DNA of 32,000 nucleotides from Erysipelotrichaceae bacterium. GTDB lineage: Bacteria; Bacillota_I; Bacilli_A; Erysipelotrichales; Erysipelotrichaceae. Shown in pieces: positions 1-8,332 of the stretch. The stretch's first letter is position 1; the number at the start of each line of letters is the position of its first letter. The DNA lies in the NCBI GenBank assembly GCA_963663995.1, contig OY760660.1, positions 1,320,001-1,352,000 of the forward strand. The letters are read 5' to 3'. The translations under genes were made by a program, and so were the position numbers. The notes under the pieces are model-generated. The model had not been told where the DNA came from, made no database searches, and saw nothing but the letters and a program-made list of their open reading frames with translations.

Positions 1-1158
1 ACCAATCAAATGGTCACCACCTTTTCTACTGTTATGACAAACAATTCTAAGGCATCTGCAGATTTAGTTGATAAACGTTTAGATGAACTCTCTAAATATC
101 TTCGAGATAATCAACAACAGCTTCAGCAAGTTGTTTATAAATCTTTAGTTGAAATTAATACAAACTTAGAAAAAACCAGTAAATCAAACGAAGAAAGATT
201 AAGTGCAATACGAGAAACTGTAGAAAAACGATTAACTGCTCTTCAAGAAGATAATGCCCAAAAACTTGATAAGATGCGTGAGACTGTCGATGAAAAGCTT
301 CAGAAGACTTTGGAAGATCGAATCTCACAATCCTTTAAACAAGTCTCAGAACAACTCGAATCTGTATATAAATCACTGGGCGAAATGAAAAATATTGGCG
401 TAGAAGTTGGTGATCTTAAGAAAGTATTATCCAATGTTAAAACAAAAGGTATCTTAGGTGAAATCCAACTAGCTGCCATCTTAGAACAAATCTTATCCCC
501 AGAACAGTATGAAGAAAACATCGTTACTGTTCCAGGATCAAGTGCTCGTGTTGAGTTTGCGGTTAAGTTACCCGGTGATGGAAATGTACCCGTTTATTTA
601 CCCATAGATTCTAAGTTTCCAACCGAAAGTTATACAAGATTACTGGATGCTTATGAAACAGCTGATAAAGTGTTAATTGATTCAGCCGCAAAAGAACTAG
701 ATTCAACGATTAAATCATTTGCGAAAGATATCCATGATAAATATATCCAAGCTCCTAGTACCACAGACTTTGGTATTCTCTTTCTACCTATCGAAGGTTT
801 ATATGCTGAAGCAGTTAGACGAGGTCTAGTGGAAACACTACAAAGACAGTATAAAATTAATCTAGCTGGACCTACCACGATGGCTGCCTTACTAAATTCA
901 CTTCAAATGGGCTTTAAAACACTCGCTATTCAACAAAAAAGTGGTGAAGTTTGGAATGTTCTATCAGCCGTTAAAACTGAGTTTGAACAATTCGGCGATA
1001 TATTACAAAATGCCCAAGATAAACTCACCCGTACCAGTGCTGATTTAGATAAACTGATTGGTACACGAACTCGAAGTATTAACCGAAAGTTGAAAGATGT
1101 TTCTACATTACAACTAGGTTCTAAAGAATTATTAGAATTAGAGACAGAGGACGAATAG
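1..1158 (+). CDS. rmuC: DNA recombination protein RmuC, probably 5'-truncated by the window edge (first in-window ATG at 10)
   Basis: Long coiled-coil N-terminal part followed by an RmuC-like C-terminal region (FLPIEGLYAEA, LAGPTTMAALL). The frame is open back to position 1 and no N-terminal membrane segment is seen. Confidence 0.8.
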   Translation, partial: TNQMVTTFSTVMTNNSKASADLVDKRLDELSKYLRDNQQQLQQVVYKSLVEINTNLEKTSKSNEERLSAIRETVEKRLTALQEDNAQKLDKMRETVDEKLQKTLEDRISQSFKQVSEQLESVYKSLGEMKNIGVEVGDLKKVLSNVKTKGILGEIQLAAILEQILSPEQYEENIVTVPGSSARVEFAVKLPGDGNVPVYLPIDSKFPTESYTRLLDAYETADKVLIDSAAKELDSTIKSFAKDIHDKYIQAPSTTDFGILFLPIEGLYAEAVRRGLVETLQRQYKINLAGPTTMAALLNSLQMGFKTLAIQQKSGEVWNVLSAVKTEFEQFGDILQNAQDKLTRTSADLDKLIGTRTRSINRKLKDVSTLQLGSKELLELETEDE

Positions 1159-1168
1159 TCCTCTTTTT
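1147..1168 (+). terminator. Rho-independent terminator of rmuC
   Basis: GAGGAC-gaata-GTCCTC followed by TTTTT. The TAG stop codon lies in the loop and 3' arm. Confidence 0.7.
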
Positions 1169-1184
1169 AATAATAATTACTTTT

Positions 1185-1213
1185 ATTGTAATTACAATGT
1201 AATGACATATAAT
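1185..1213 (+). promoter_or_regulatory. Putative toxin-antitoxin promoter/operator
   Basis: Perfect 14-bp palindrome ATTGTAATTACAAT (1185-1198) overlaps a -35-like TTGTAA (1186-1191). After a 16-nt spacer comes TATAAT at 1208-1213. Confidence 0.45.
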
Positions 1214-1219
1214 AAAAGT

Positions 1220-1489
1220 ATGAAGAACACAGTTATACAAATACGCATTGACAAAGAAACTAAAGTTGCAGCTGAAAAAGTCATTACTGATATGGGACTA
1301 AACTTTTCAAGCGCAATTCAAATGTTTCTTAGACAAGTTGTTCAAAAACAAGAAATTCCTTTTACGATTGAGTCTCGTGGCTATAATCAAAAAACTTTAG
1401 ACGCATTTGATGAATCACTGGAATCTGGTGATTTAGAAACTTTTGAAAGTATAGATGATTTTATTAAGGATTTTAATGACAACAAGTAA
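1220..1489 (+). CDS. dinJ: RelB/DinJ-family type II antitoxin (alternative upstream ATG at 1202)
   Basis: From the ATG at 1220 the N-terminus reads MKNTVIQIRIDKETK, the typical DinJ/RelB ribbon-helix-helix start. It sits directly upstream of a YafQ-like toxin. Confidence 0.85.
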   Translation: MKNTVIQIRIDKETKVAAEKVITDMGLNFSSAIQMFLRQVVQKQEIPFTIESRGYNQKTLDAFDESLESGDLETFESIDDFIKDFNDNK

Positions 1490-1500
1490 ATATTTATAAT

Positions 1501-1767
1501 GTGATAATTCAAAAGACAACACGTTATAAGAAAGACGAGAAAATTCTACGGAAGCGAAACTACAATATGAATCTTCTACTAGAAGTAATTATGCAAATAT
1601 ACTCTGGTCATTCCCTAAGTTCGAAATATCAATTACATTCTTTAGTTGGTCAATATTCAAACTCTTTCGAATGTCATATTAAACCTAATTGGTTATTAAT
1701 TTTTCGACTTGTTGAAAATGAACTTATCCTAATTAGAACCGGAACACATTCAGATTTATTCAAATAA
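1501..1767 (+). CDS. yafQ: YafQ/RelE-family type II toxin (mRNA interferase), GTG start
   Basis: Aligns by eye along its length with E. coli YafQ (Y.KD.K...KR, H.L.G, H..PNWLLI, RTGTHSDLF). It starts 11 nt after the dinJ stop. Confidence 0.8.
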   Translation: MIIQKTTRYKKDEKILRKRNYNMNLLLEVIMQIYSGHSLSSKYQLHSLVGQYSNSFECHIKPNWLLIFRLVENELILIRTGTHSDLFK

Positions 1768-1784
1768 AATGAGATCTTTCTCGC

Positions 1785-2249
1785 TCAATTTTTCATATTC
1801 ACATCCACATCTACAAGATATCGTGCTTTTAATTTATATTTCTTTAATACTTTAAGTTGATCTAGAGGTATATTCATAAAAATGAGTTCATGATTAAATT
1901 CAATGGTTTTAAGTTTGCTTAGTATAAGCTTTCTTTTGTCTTCTGTAAGATCTTCATATAGATCTATTCTATTTATTTTCTTAGTGTTTAATAATTTATT
2001 CATAAATTGAATAAATGATTCATTTTGATCAATATCGTAAGCTAATAAAATCAGCGCATCTTCCATAAAGTGTTCATTGGTAGGTATAAGACTCATCCCT
2101 TTTTGTATTTTGAGTCCACCATTTTCTTCTTCTCTTTCGACAAACCACATAGGTCTATTGTTCTCATGACAACTAATCAGTGTGTCATAGTGATAATTAC
2201 CATACCAATCTGCTTGTCCAACTAATATATGCTTGTTATAAAATTTCAT
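1785..2249 (-). CDS. Hypothetical protein, 154 aa, no family recognised
   Basis: Intact ORF with a strong GGAGGG ribosome-binding site 6 nt upstream of the ATG. It lies downstream of, and co-oriented with, the ADP-ribosylglycohydrolase gene. Confidence 0.6.
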   Translation of the reverse strand: MKFYNKHILVGQADWYGNYHYDTLISCHENNRPMWFVEREEENGGLKIQKGMSLIPTNEHFMEDALILLAYDIDQNESFIQFMNKLLNTKKINRIDLYEDLTEDKRKLILSKLKTIEFNHELIFMNIPLDQLKVLKKYKLKARYLVDVDVNMKN

Positions 2250-2328
2250 GTCTATCCCTCCGTAGTAGTGTTTTTATAACATAGTTAAACTAAGCTTAAA
2301 AGTTAGCTGTCCTTTAAGGTGGACAGAC

Positions 2329-3102
2329 TTATTTTTCAAACTTCTTATAAAACTGCTTAATGATCCTTTTCATATCTTTATTGATATACATAAAAACAAA
2401 TTCTTTAACAGAATCATCTATCCCATAGTAACTTTCAGCTATCCCACCTGCCATACAGGCGATGGTATCACTATCACCACCATATGATATTGCTGTTCTA
2501 ATAACATCTTCAAAATCATGTCCTTGTAGAAAAGCAAAAATTGCGAGTGGAACTGTGATTTGACAGGTTTCATTAAAGCCAATATCTCTTATCTCTTCAA
2601 CATTAAGATTTAGATCATAATGAAAACGTTCTTCTATTTCATTTTTAATAAATGTTTTATCTTTCTTTTCTTTTGCATAATAGATTGCTAAAGCAATCGC
2701 TTGTGCACCTTTGATTCCTTCAGGATGATTATGCGTTGCTTCAGCACTATACTTAGCGAGTTTTAAAACCTCCTCTACAGTTCTTGCGATGTATCCAATC
2801 GGTGAAACTCGCATACCAGATCCATTTCCATATGAATGATAAGGTTCTAGACTCTTGGAAATTCCCCAACGATAAAACATTCCACCAAAACCACGTTTGT
2901 CGTGATAGGTTTTTCTGAAATGATATTTATAAGCTACATCAAATCCCATAAAAGGATGGATAATCGCATCCATAGTTGCGATAGTTAGAATCGTATCATC
3001 AGTATAACGACAATGTTTCTTTTCAATTTCGAAATCTTTTGTATAAACATTATTAAACTCAAATACGCTTCCTACAATATCGCCATATATCACTCCAAAC
3101 AT
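2329..3102 (-). CDS. ADP-ribosylglycohydrolase family protein (DraG/ARH-like)
   Basis: Motifs YGDIVGS, YTDDT, GNGSGMRVSP, ATHNHPEG and GGDSDTIACMAGGIAE. The start is moved to the third ATG (MFGVIYGD) because GGAGG lies 7 nt upstream of it. Confidence 0.85.
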   Translation of the reverse strand: MFGVIYGDIVGSVFEFNNVYTKDFEIEKKHCRYTDDTILTIATMDAIIHPFMGFDVAYKYHFRKTYHDKRGFGGMFYRWGISKSLEPYHSYGNGSGMRVSPIGYIARTVEEVLKLAKYSAEATHNHPEGIKGAQAIALAIYYAKEKKDKTFIKNEIEERFHYDLNLNVEEIRDIGFNETCQITVPLAIFAFLQGHDFEDVIRTAISYGGDSDTIACMAGGIAESYYGIDDSVKEFVFMYINKDMKRIIKQFYKKFEK

Positions 3103-3263
3103 AAACATTCCTCCTTTTGACTTCTCTATCATAAGTTTATGTTTACAACTTGTGGTTAATTGATAATTGACTTAGTTGTCCATCAAATAGTACAGGTATG
3201 TTGATTCTTTAAATGCTGAGGGTTATTTTATAAGTGACTTGGGGAAGTCAGTAACGGAGGGTT

Positions 3264-3401
3264 ATGATGGATATTATTGTAATCATATTATGTATTGTTT
3301 GGGTATTTCTTGGGATGGCATCCAGTTCTAAGGTAGATATCGATAAGACTGTTCCTAACCCTCCTGATCCATATGATGGGTTCGATGACTTTGATGAATA
3401 A
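3264..3401 (+). CDS. Small membrane peptide, 45 aa (absent from the supplied ORF track)
   Basis: MMDIIVIILCIVWVFLGMASS... has one hydrophobic helix and an acidic tail. GGAGGG lies 3 nt upstream of the ATG, and a clean terminator follows at 3416-3439. Confidence 0.45.
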   Translation: MMDIIVIILCIVWVFLGMASSSKVDIDKTVPNPPDPYDGFDDFDE

Positions 3402-3415
3402 TCATGTGCGCGTTA

Positions 3416-3439
3416 AAAGTCATAAAATGACTTTTTTTC
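3416..3439 (+). terminator. Rho-independent terminator
   Basis: AAAGTCAT-aaa-ATGACTTT followed by a T-run. Confidence 0.65.
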
Positions 3440-3462
3440 TTTGAAAGATTTATAATTTGATT

Positions 3463-3819
3463 ATGGTAAAAGATATTCCTCGTTTCCTTAAACAAATAAG
3501 CTACACACTCTTTATTGCCAATATTCAATTTTGGTTGTTTATCTTTGTTTATACGAGTTTTATTGTTTATAAAAATAATCCTGATGTTTTGTATTTAAAA
3601 GTATTATTAGCCATTGAGCCAGTCTTATTGACTTTAGTGTTTTATGGCTTTGTTCATGAACAAAAGATCTTATATAGTTTGGGATTAATCTTAACTTTAT
3701 CTAATGCAATCTTATCTGTTTTAGATCAAATTGGAACTGTTGATTTGATTTCGTTAGCCTTAAGTGTTAGTTTATTTCTATGTTTACTTACACAGTTTAG
3801 ACTTTTTTATAAGCATTAA
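3463..3819 (+). CDS. Hypothetical integral membrane protein (about 4 TM segments)
   Basis: Hydrophobic ORF. The ATG at 3463 is preferred over the TTG at 3457. There is no Shine-Dalgarno sequence, and TATAAT lies at 3451-3456. Confidence 0.6.
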   Translation: MVKDIPRFLKQISYTLFIANIQFWLFIFVYTSFIVYKNNPDVLYLKVLLAIEPVLLTLVFYGFVHEQKILYSLGLILTLSNAILSVLDQIGTVDLISLALSVSLFLCLLTQFRLFYKH

Positions 3820-3932
3820 ATGTAAGCCCTTTGACAATTTCACATATTTGTCTCACATTGTGTTCACATACAAGGGGTATGATAGAAATGCTGATTTGGT
3901 AAAATAAAACAAACAGTGTAGGATAAACACAT

Positions 3933-4343
3933 ATGATAAATCGTTTTAAGTATTCTTTATATCGTTTCATGATTGGACGCTACGGTAATGATGCATTAGG
4001 CTTTGGGCTATTAGGCCTTAGCTTTTGCTTCAGTATTATGTCTGGATTCTTTGGGGATTACAGAACTTATGTAGCACTTCTTTCATATTTACCTTTATGG
4101 TATGAAATGTATCGTTTTCTATCTCGTAATATTTATGCACGACAAAAAGAAAACAATAAGTTTCTCAGTTTGATTAAACCTTTTAGAAAAGAAGGCAAGC
4201 GTATTTATCTAAACTTTAAACAAAAAGACTACAAACATTACACTTGCCCACATTGTTCACAACTCATACGCGTTCCTGCTAATCGCGGGCGTATTGAAAT
4301 AAGTTGTCCACATTGTCGTAAAACATTTGTAAAGAAAACATAG
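3933..4343 (+). CDS. Membrane protein with C-terminal zinc ribbon
   Basis: Two hydrophobic segments, then CPHC-x15-CPHC at the C-terminus. Confidence 0.65.
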   Translation: MINRFKYSLYRFMIGRYGNDALGFGLLGLSFCFSIMSGFFGDYRTYVALLSYLPLWYEMYRFLSRNIYARQKENNKFLSLIKPFRKEGKRIYLNFKQKDYKHYTCPHCSQLIRVPANRGRIEISCPHCRKTFVKKT

Positions 4344-4351
4344 GAGATATT

Positions 4352-4639
4352 ATGTACGGATTTAGTTTTCTAAAATATATTGGCTATTTTCTTATCTTAA
4401 ACTTAGTTTTAAATTACGCTTTTAGAATTTCACCACTTTTGGGCTTTTTAGCCTTTGGTGCTTTTATTTATTACAGTATCTTTAGACGTATGGGTACACA
4501 AAAAATGTGGGGTTCTACTCAATTTAAAACATATAACTCAGGTCAAAGACAACAACAATCTTACGAACAACCAAAAGAAACATTTAAAAAAGATCCAAAT
4601 GTGATCGATGCTGAATACCACGAGCACAAAACACACTAA
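4352..4639 (+). CDS. Small membrane protein, hypothetical
   Basis: Two hydrophobic helices and a Q-rich polar tail. GGAG lies 6 nt upstream of the ATG, and the gene starts 8 nt after the previous gene. Confidence 0.55.
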   Translation: MYGFSFLKYIGYFLILNLVLNYAFRISPLLGFLAFGAFIYYSIFRRMGTQKMWGSTQFKTYNSGQRQQQSYEQPKETFKKDPNVIDAEYHEHKTH

Positions 4640-4662
4640 GAGCCACTTCCGTGGCTCTTTTT
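4639..4662. terminator. Bidirectional rho-independent terminator
   Basis: AGAGCCAC-ttcc-GTGGCTCT flanked by A/T runs, between convergent genes. Confidence 0.7.
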
Positions 4663-5536
4663 AATGAATATACTGTTTAACCAAATCTATAAATAATGAT
4701 ATTAAAGGATTTTTAGCTTTGTTGCGGTGTATTGCAACTACAGCTTGAAGAAGCTTGTTATCTTGGGCTGTTGGTATTTTTATCAATTGTTTGTTTAACA
4801 ATTTATCTTCTAAAGTAAATGATGGAAGATATGTCATTCCAAAATCATGCTCGACTAAATTAATGATACTTGGAATACTGCCAAGTTCCACTGTATGACT
4901 TATATCAATTTTTTCATTTGCACAATTTTCCTCAAAGATTTGTCTAAAGATGCAGTTAGGTTCATTAATCACAAAGGGAATTGAAATAGAATCACTAAGT
5001 AGATTAGGGTTCTCTTCATAAACTTTTGGAGATACCACACAATCCATAAGGTATAAACCTAAGCGATGAAATTCGAATATCGACATATCTTTATTAATAT
5101 TTTCATAGAATATTCCAATATCACTAGTCCCATTTTTAAGTTTGTTATATGTTTCATAACAGTTTGTTGACTTGATACTTAACTTTGCTTTAGGTGCTAA
5201 GCGATGAAATTCTTTTAGAACGGGTGCTAACTTATAACAGAGTATCGTTTCCGCAACATCAATTTCTAATGAGCCTTCTAATGGATTTTGATTAAGTTGG
5301 ATAAGATCGTTTACTGAACTTAGAACTCCATCAACATAAGGTAGTAGCGCTTTCCCATCTTTCGTCAATTTCATTTGACGTCCTATCTTTTCAAAAAGTT
5401 GGATACCCAATTCGTTTTCAATTTGTTTAATTTGAAAGGTAATGGTTGATTGAGTGTAATTCAGTTTCTGTGCAGCTTTTGAAAAACTACCTGTAACCAA
5501 GATTGTTTTAAATGTTTCTAGGTATTTTATTTCCAT
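4661..5536 (-). CDS. LysR-family transcriptional regulator
   Basis: N-terminal helix-turn-helix (LETFKTILVTGSFSKAAQKLNYTQSTITFQIKQIENELG) plus a LysR substrate-binding domain. The start is set at MEIKY, where GAAGGA lies 7 nt upstream. The track start at 5551 is a TTG. Confidence 0.9.
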   Translation of the reverse strand: MEIKYLETFKTILVTGSFSKAAQKLNYTQSTITFQIKQIENELGIQLFEKIGRQMKLTKDGKALLPYVDGVLSSVNDLIQLNQNPLEGSLEIDVAETILCYKLAPVLKEFHRLAPKAKLSIKSTNCYETYNKLKNGTSDIGIFYENINKDMSIFEFHRLGLYLMDCVVSPKVYEENPNLLSDSISIPFVINEPNCIFRQIFEENCANEKIDISHTVELGSIPSIINLVEHDFGMTYLPSFTLEDKLLNKQLIKIPTAQDNKLLQAVVAIHRNKAKNPLISLFIDLVKQYIH

Positions 5537-5640
5537 TTTAAATTCCTTCAATTTTATTGAATGATAATATCTATTATTTCAATTTGATTTAAGTATATTC
5601 TAGTCTTATCTTTAAGTAAAAGAAAGCATGGATCAAATTT

Positions 5641-6222
5641 ATGAACTATATCCTCCTCTATCTACCATATGCCTTTATAACTGCTTATACACCTGGACCA
5701 AACAATTTACTTTCATTACATTCCTATGCTCAAAACGGTTTGAAAAAAGGACTGTATACAACCTTTGGTATTCTAAGTGGTTTCTTTATAGTCATGAGTT
5801 TTACAGCTTTCATCTCAGTTGAGCTCACAACATGGGTTCCATTCATTTCCCCTTATCTTAAATACTTAGGTGTTTTATATATATTATGGTTGACTTATCA
5901 CATATTGATGAGTAAACCTTCTGAACTATCTAAAAATAATAACAACAATTTTAAAACTGCATTTTTACTGCAGTTTATGAACGTCAAAATATTTCTATAT
6001 GCCCTAACCATATATAATTCCTATATTTTGCCAAACTCCCATTCAACATCGCTTTTAATTATCAGCGTTTGTGTGAACACATTAATCGGCATCTCAGGAA
6101 CAATTGTCTGGGGCTTAACCGGTTCACTACTTCAAAAACTGCTAAAGAAACATTATAAAATACTCAATATCTTAATGGCACTCGCCTTAGTTTATTCAGC
6201 CGTTCAAATTCTTAGCGATTAA
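5641..6222 (+). CDS. eamB: LysE/RhtB-family exporter, EamB-like (cysteine/O-acetylserine efflux type)
   Basis: Close by-eye match to E. coli EamB (ITAYTPGPNN, LQFMNVKIFLY, LALVYSAVQI). It is divergent from the LysR gene. Confidence 0.75.
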   Translation: MNYILLYLPYAFITAYTPGPNNLLSLHSYAQNGLKKGLYTTFGILSGFFIVMSFTAFISVELTTWVPFISPYLKYLGVLYILWLTYHILMSKPSELSKNNNNNFKTAFLLQFMNVKIFLYALTIYNSYILPNSHSTSLLIISVCVNTLIGISGTIVWGLTGSLLQKLLKKHYKILNILMALALVYSAVQILSD

Positions 6223-6653
6223 TCATCCCAACCAAATTGGGTAAAAATTATTTTTTTTAAATATGCTTCTACTGCATATTTTACATAGGGAATCGTATTA
6301 TCAGGTAGTTCTTTTAAATCTACCCATTTCAATTCATCGCATTTATCAAGTTCACAATTGCTTACATTACCTTCAAATTGTTTACATTCAAAGAAATAAT
6401 CCATGCGTTCACTCTCTGATTTACGATGCATGATTTGAATTGCTTTAAGATGATCTTTTTCTATGTCTATACCAATCTCTTCTTTAGCCTCACGTATCAT
6501 CGCATCGATATAGGATTCATTCGCTTCAACATGTCCTGCACAAACACTATACTTACCATCTTCATATCCTGTATTAAAACGTCTAAGTAATAATATTTGA
6601 TTATCTTTAATAATAAATAAATGAACTGCTAAGAAAACCTTAGTCCTTGCCAT
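6219..6653 (-). CDS. NUDIX hydrolase
   Basis: Nudix box GHVEANESYIDAMIREAKEEIGI. Confidence 0.85.
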   Translation of the reverse strand: MARTKVFLAVHLFIIKDNQILLLRRFNTGYEDGKYSVCAGHVEANESYIDAMIREAKEEIGIDIEKDHLKAIQIMHRKSESERMDYFFECKQFEGNVSNCELDKCDELKWVDLKELPDNTIPYVKYAVEAYLKKIIFTQFGWDD

Positions 6654-7542
6654 GATTTAGATGATGATAAAGTGCGCCGATAAGATTACTATCATTCCCG
6701 AATGCACAAGGAACAATCTTCATCATTTTTTGAGGTGCCCAAGTGAGTTGTGTGAATAAATTTTCTAACTTTGCTTTAATAGTCTCAATGAGAATTTCTT
6801 GTGCAGAAACACCACCACCAATCGCAATTGTTTCAGTATCTAGAATTGTTTGAATAGTAAAGAGACCATAAGCAAAGCTTTCTGAGAAATCCTCTAAGAT
6901 CTTTTGCGCAACACTATCTTCTTGATGAATAGCTTCAAAGAATATTTTTCCGTTAACTTCTTTTGGATCTAAACCTTTAACACGTGCATATGAGCCTGTT
7001 AAATTGCCAGTTGAATTGATTCGTGCCCATACATTAAATGGATCATTAATGGGTTGAATGGTTGTTGGTAAACCAGATACTTCACCTGATGCAAAGTTAA
7101 ATCCTCGGTGTACTTTTCCATTAACCACAATGCCACCACCAATGCCTGTCCCAATCGTTAGAACCATTCCACAGTCTACATTTTGAAGAGAACCTTTCCA
7201 TAATTCTGCACTAGCTGCACATTTCGCATCATTATCAATCGTTACTGGTACATTTACTTTAGCTTTAATCAAGTCAGCTAAGGGACATTCCATAATATAG
7301 TGTGATAGAGCGCCCCCAGTAAACATATAGCCTTTGTTTGCATCTATTCGTCCTGGTGCACTCATCGCAATGCCAGATACATCTGGGTGTTTTTGATAGA
7401 GTTCAGTGATTACTTCAATAAAATCATCTAAGTTTGTTTTGGGAGTATTAACTTCTCCTTTACTTAGAATCGTTGATTCTTCATTCATTAAGGCATACTT
7501 AATAGCCGTTCCACCTACATCAATTCCTAAATATGTTTTCAT
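6640..7542 (-). CDS. ROK-family sugar kinase
   Basis: GIDVGGT ATP-binding start, DNDAKCAA and GTGIGGGIV motifs. GAGGAAAA ribosome-binding site. Confidence 0.85.
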   Translation of the reverse strand: MKTYLGIDVGGTAIKYALMNEESTILSKGEVNTPKTNLDDFIEVITELYQKHPDVSGIAMSAPGRIDANKGYMFTGGALSHYIMECPLADLIKAKVNVPVTIDNDAKCAASAELWKGSLQNVDCGMVLTIGTGIGGGIVVNGKVHRGFNFASGEVSGLPTTIQPINDPFNVWARINSTGNLTGSYARVKGLDPKEVNGKIFFEAIHQEDSVAQKILEDFSESFAYGLFTIQTILDTETIAIGGGVSAQEILIETIKAKLENLFTQLTWAPQKMMKIVPCAFGNDSNLIGALYHHLNHGKD

Positions 7543-7571
7543 AAATTTTCCTCGTAAATTAAGATTATCAC

Positions 7572-7594
7572 AAAAAAAGACTCTTGCGAGTCTT
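7572..7594 (-). terminator. Rho-independent terminator of the cyclophilin gene
   Basis: Minus strand reads AAGACTC-gcaa-GAGTCTT followed by TTTTTTT. The hairpin overlaps the stop codon. Confidence 0.6.
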
Positions 7595-8108
7595 ATAAAG
7601 TTTGATGTAGATAATCAGCACCAAATGTTTCAACCGTCACTGATTGAATCACTTGAGCATCTAGTGGTTTATCCATACGATCACGTTTAACACCAACGAT
7701 ACGATCAATGATATCCATGCCTTTTAATACTTTACCAAATGCTGCATATTGACCATCTAAGTGAGGTGCATCCGCAACCATAATAAAGAATTGTGAACCT
7801 GCTGAATCAGGATGCTGAGAACGAGCCATGGAAATAACACCACGTGAATGTTTCATATCATTTTGAACACCGTTATAACTAAATTCACCTTTTATACGAT
7901 AGCCAGGTCCACCAGTACCTGTCCCTGTAGGACAACCACCTTGAACCATAAAGCCAGGAATAACACGGTGGAATGTTAATCCATCATAAAAACCTTCTTT
8001 AACTAAATGTATGAAGTTCGCAACACTAATTGGTGCAACTTCTGGATTAAGTTCTATATGGACAGCTTCGTCCCCCTTAAACTGCATTGTAACTATTGGA
8101 TTTCTCAT
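7593..8108 (-). CDS. ppiB: Peptidyl-prolyl cis-trans isomerase, cyclophilin type
   Basis: FHRVIPGFMVQGG, SMAR...DSAGSQFFI and the LDG.Y..FG cyclophilin signature. Confidence 0.9.
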   Translation of the reverse strand: MRNPIVTMQFKGDEAVHIELNPEVAPISVANFIHLVKEGFYDGLTFHRVIPGFMVQGGCPTGTGTGGPGYRIKGEFSYNGVQNDMKHSRGVISMARSQHPDSAGSQFFIMVADAPHLDGQYAAFGKVLKGMDIIDRIVGVKRDRMDKPLDAQVIQSVTVETFGADYLHQTL

Positions 8109-8332
8109 CTAAACTCTCTCTTTTTCATTAAAAATAAAACACACTTTTTATAGTGCCTTTTTATAATACTCAATGTTACACCTAAAATCAAACAAAATAC
8201 GTGATAACTACACATATACGTTCAAATATCACTACATATAAATACTAGCTAGCAATTTTAAATATACAAACGATGCATATATACTAAATATTATATTATT
8301 TTTGTGAAATAAATAACTTTTAAGTGAAAACT

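Noticed and set aside
300-878. Minus-strand ORFs 300-521 and 651-878 inside rmuC
   Set aside because: They lie antisense within a well-supported gene. They have low-complexity composition, no ribosome-binding site and no recognisable family. These are typical shadow ORFs.
3264-3401. Type I toxin interpretation of the 45-aa hydrophobic peptide
   Set aside because: No convincing antisense promoter or RNA partner was visible. The acidic C-terminal tail is atypical. It is kept only as a small-ORF feature.
3838-3872. Three CACAT repeats and the TGTG-tt-CACA inverted repeat upstream of the zinc-ribbon protein gene
   Set aside because: The repeats are short with irregular spacing (13 and 11 nt), and no matching regulator is known to me. 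The support is insufficient to call a site.
5628-5822. 64-aa plus-strand ORF overlapping the start of the EamB-like gene
   Set aside because: It is a different frame of the same region. The 5641 frame gives a full-length LysE/EamB match, so this ORF is a frame artefact.
7406-7690. 94-aa plus-strand ORF spanning the ROK/cyclophilin junction
   Set aside because: It is antisense to two confident genes and crosses their intergenic terminator. There is no ribosome-binding site.
8302-8319. Second Rex-like site, TTGTGAAATAAATAACTT
   Set aside because: Only the left half-site (TTGTGAA) matches and the right half does not. It may be chance in AT-rich DNA.
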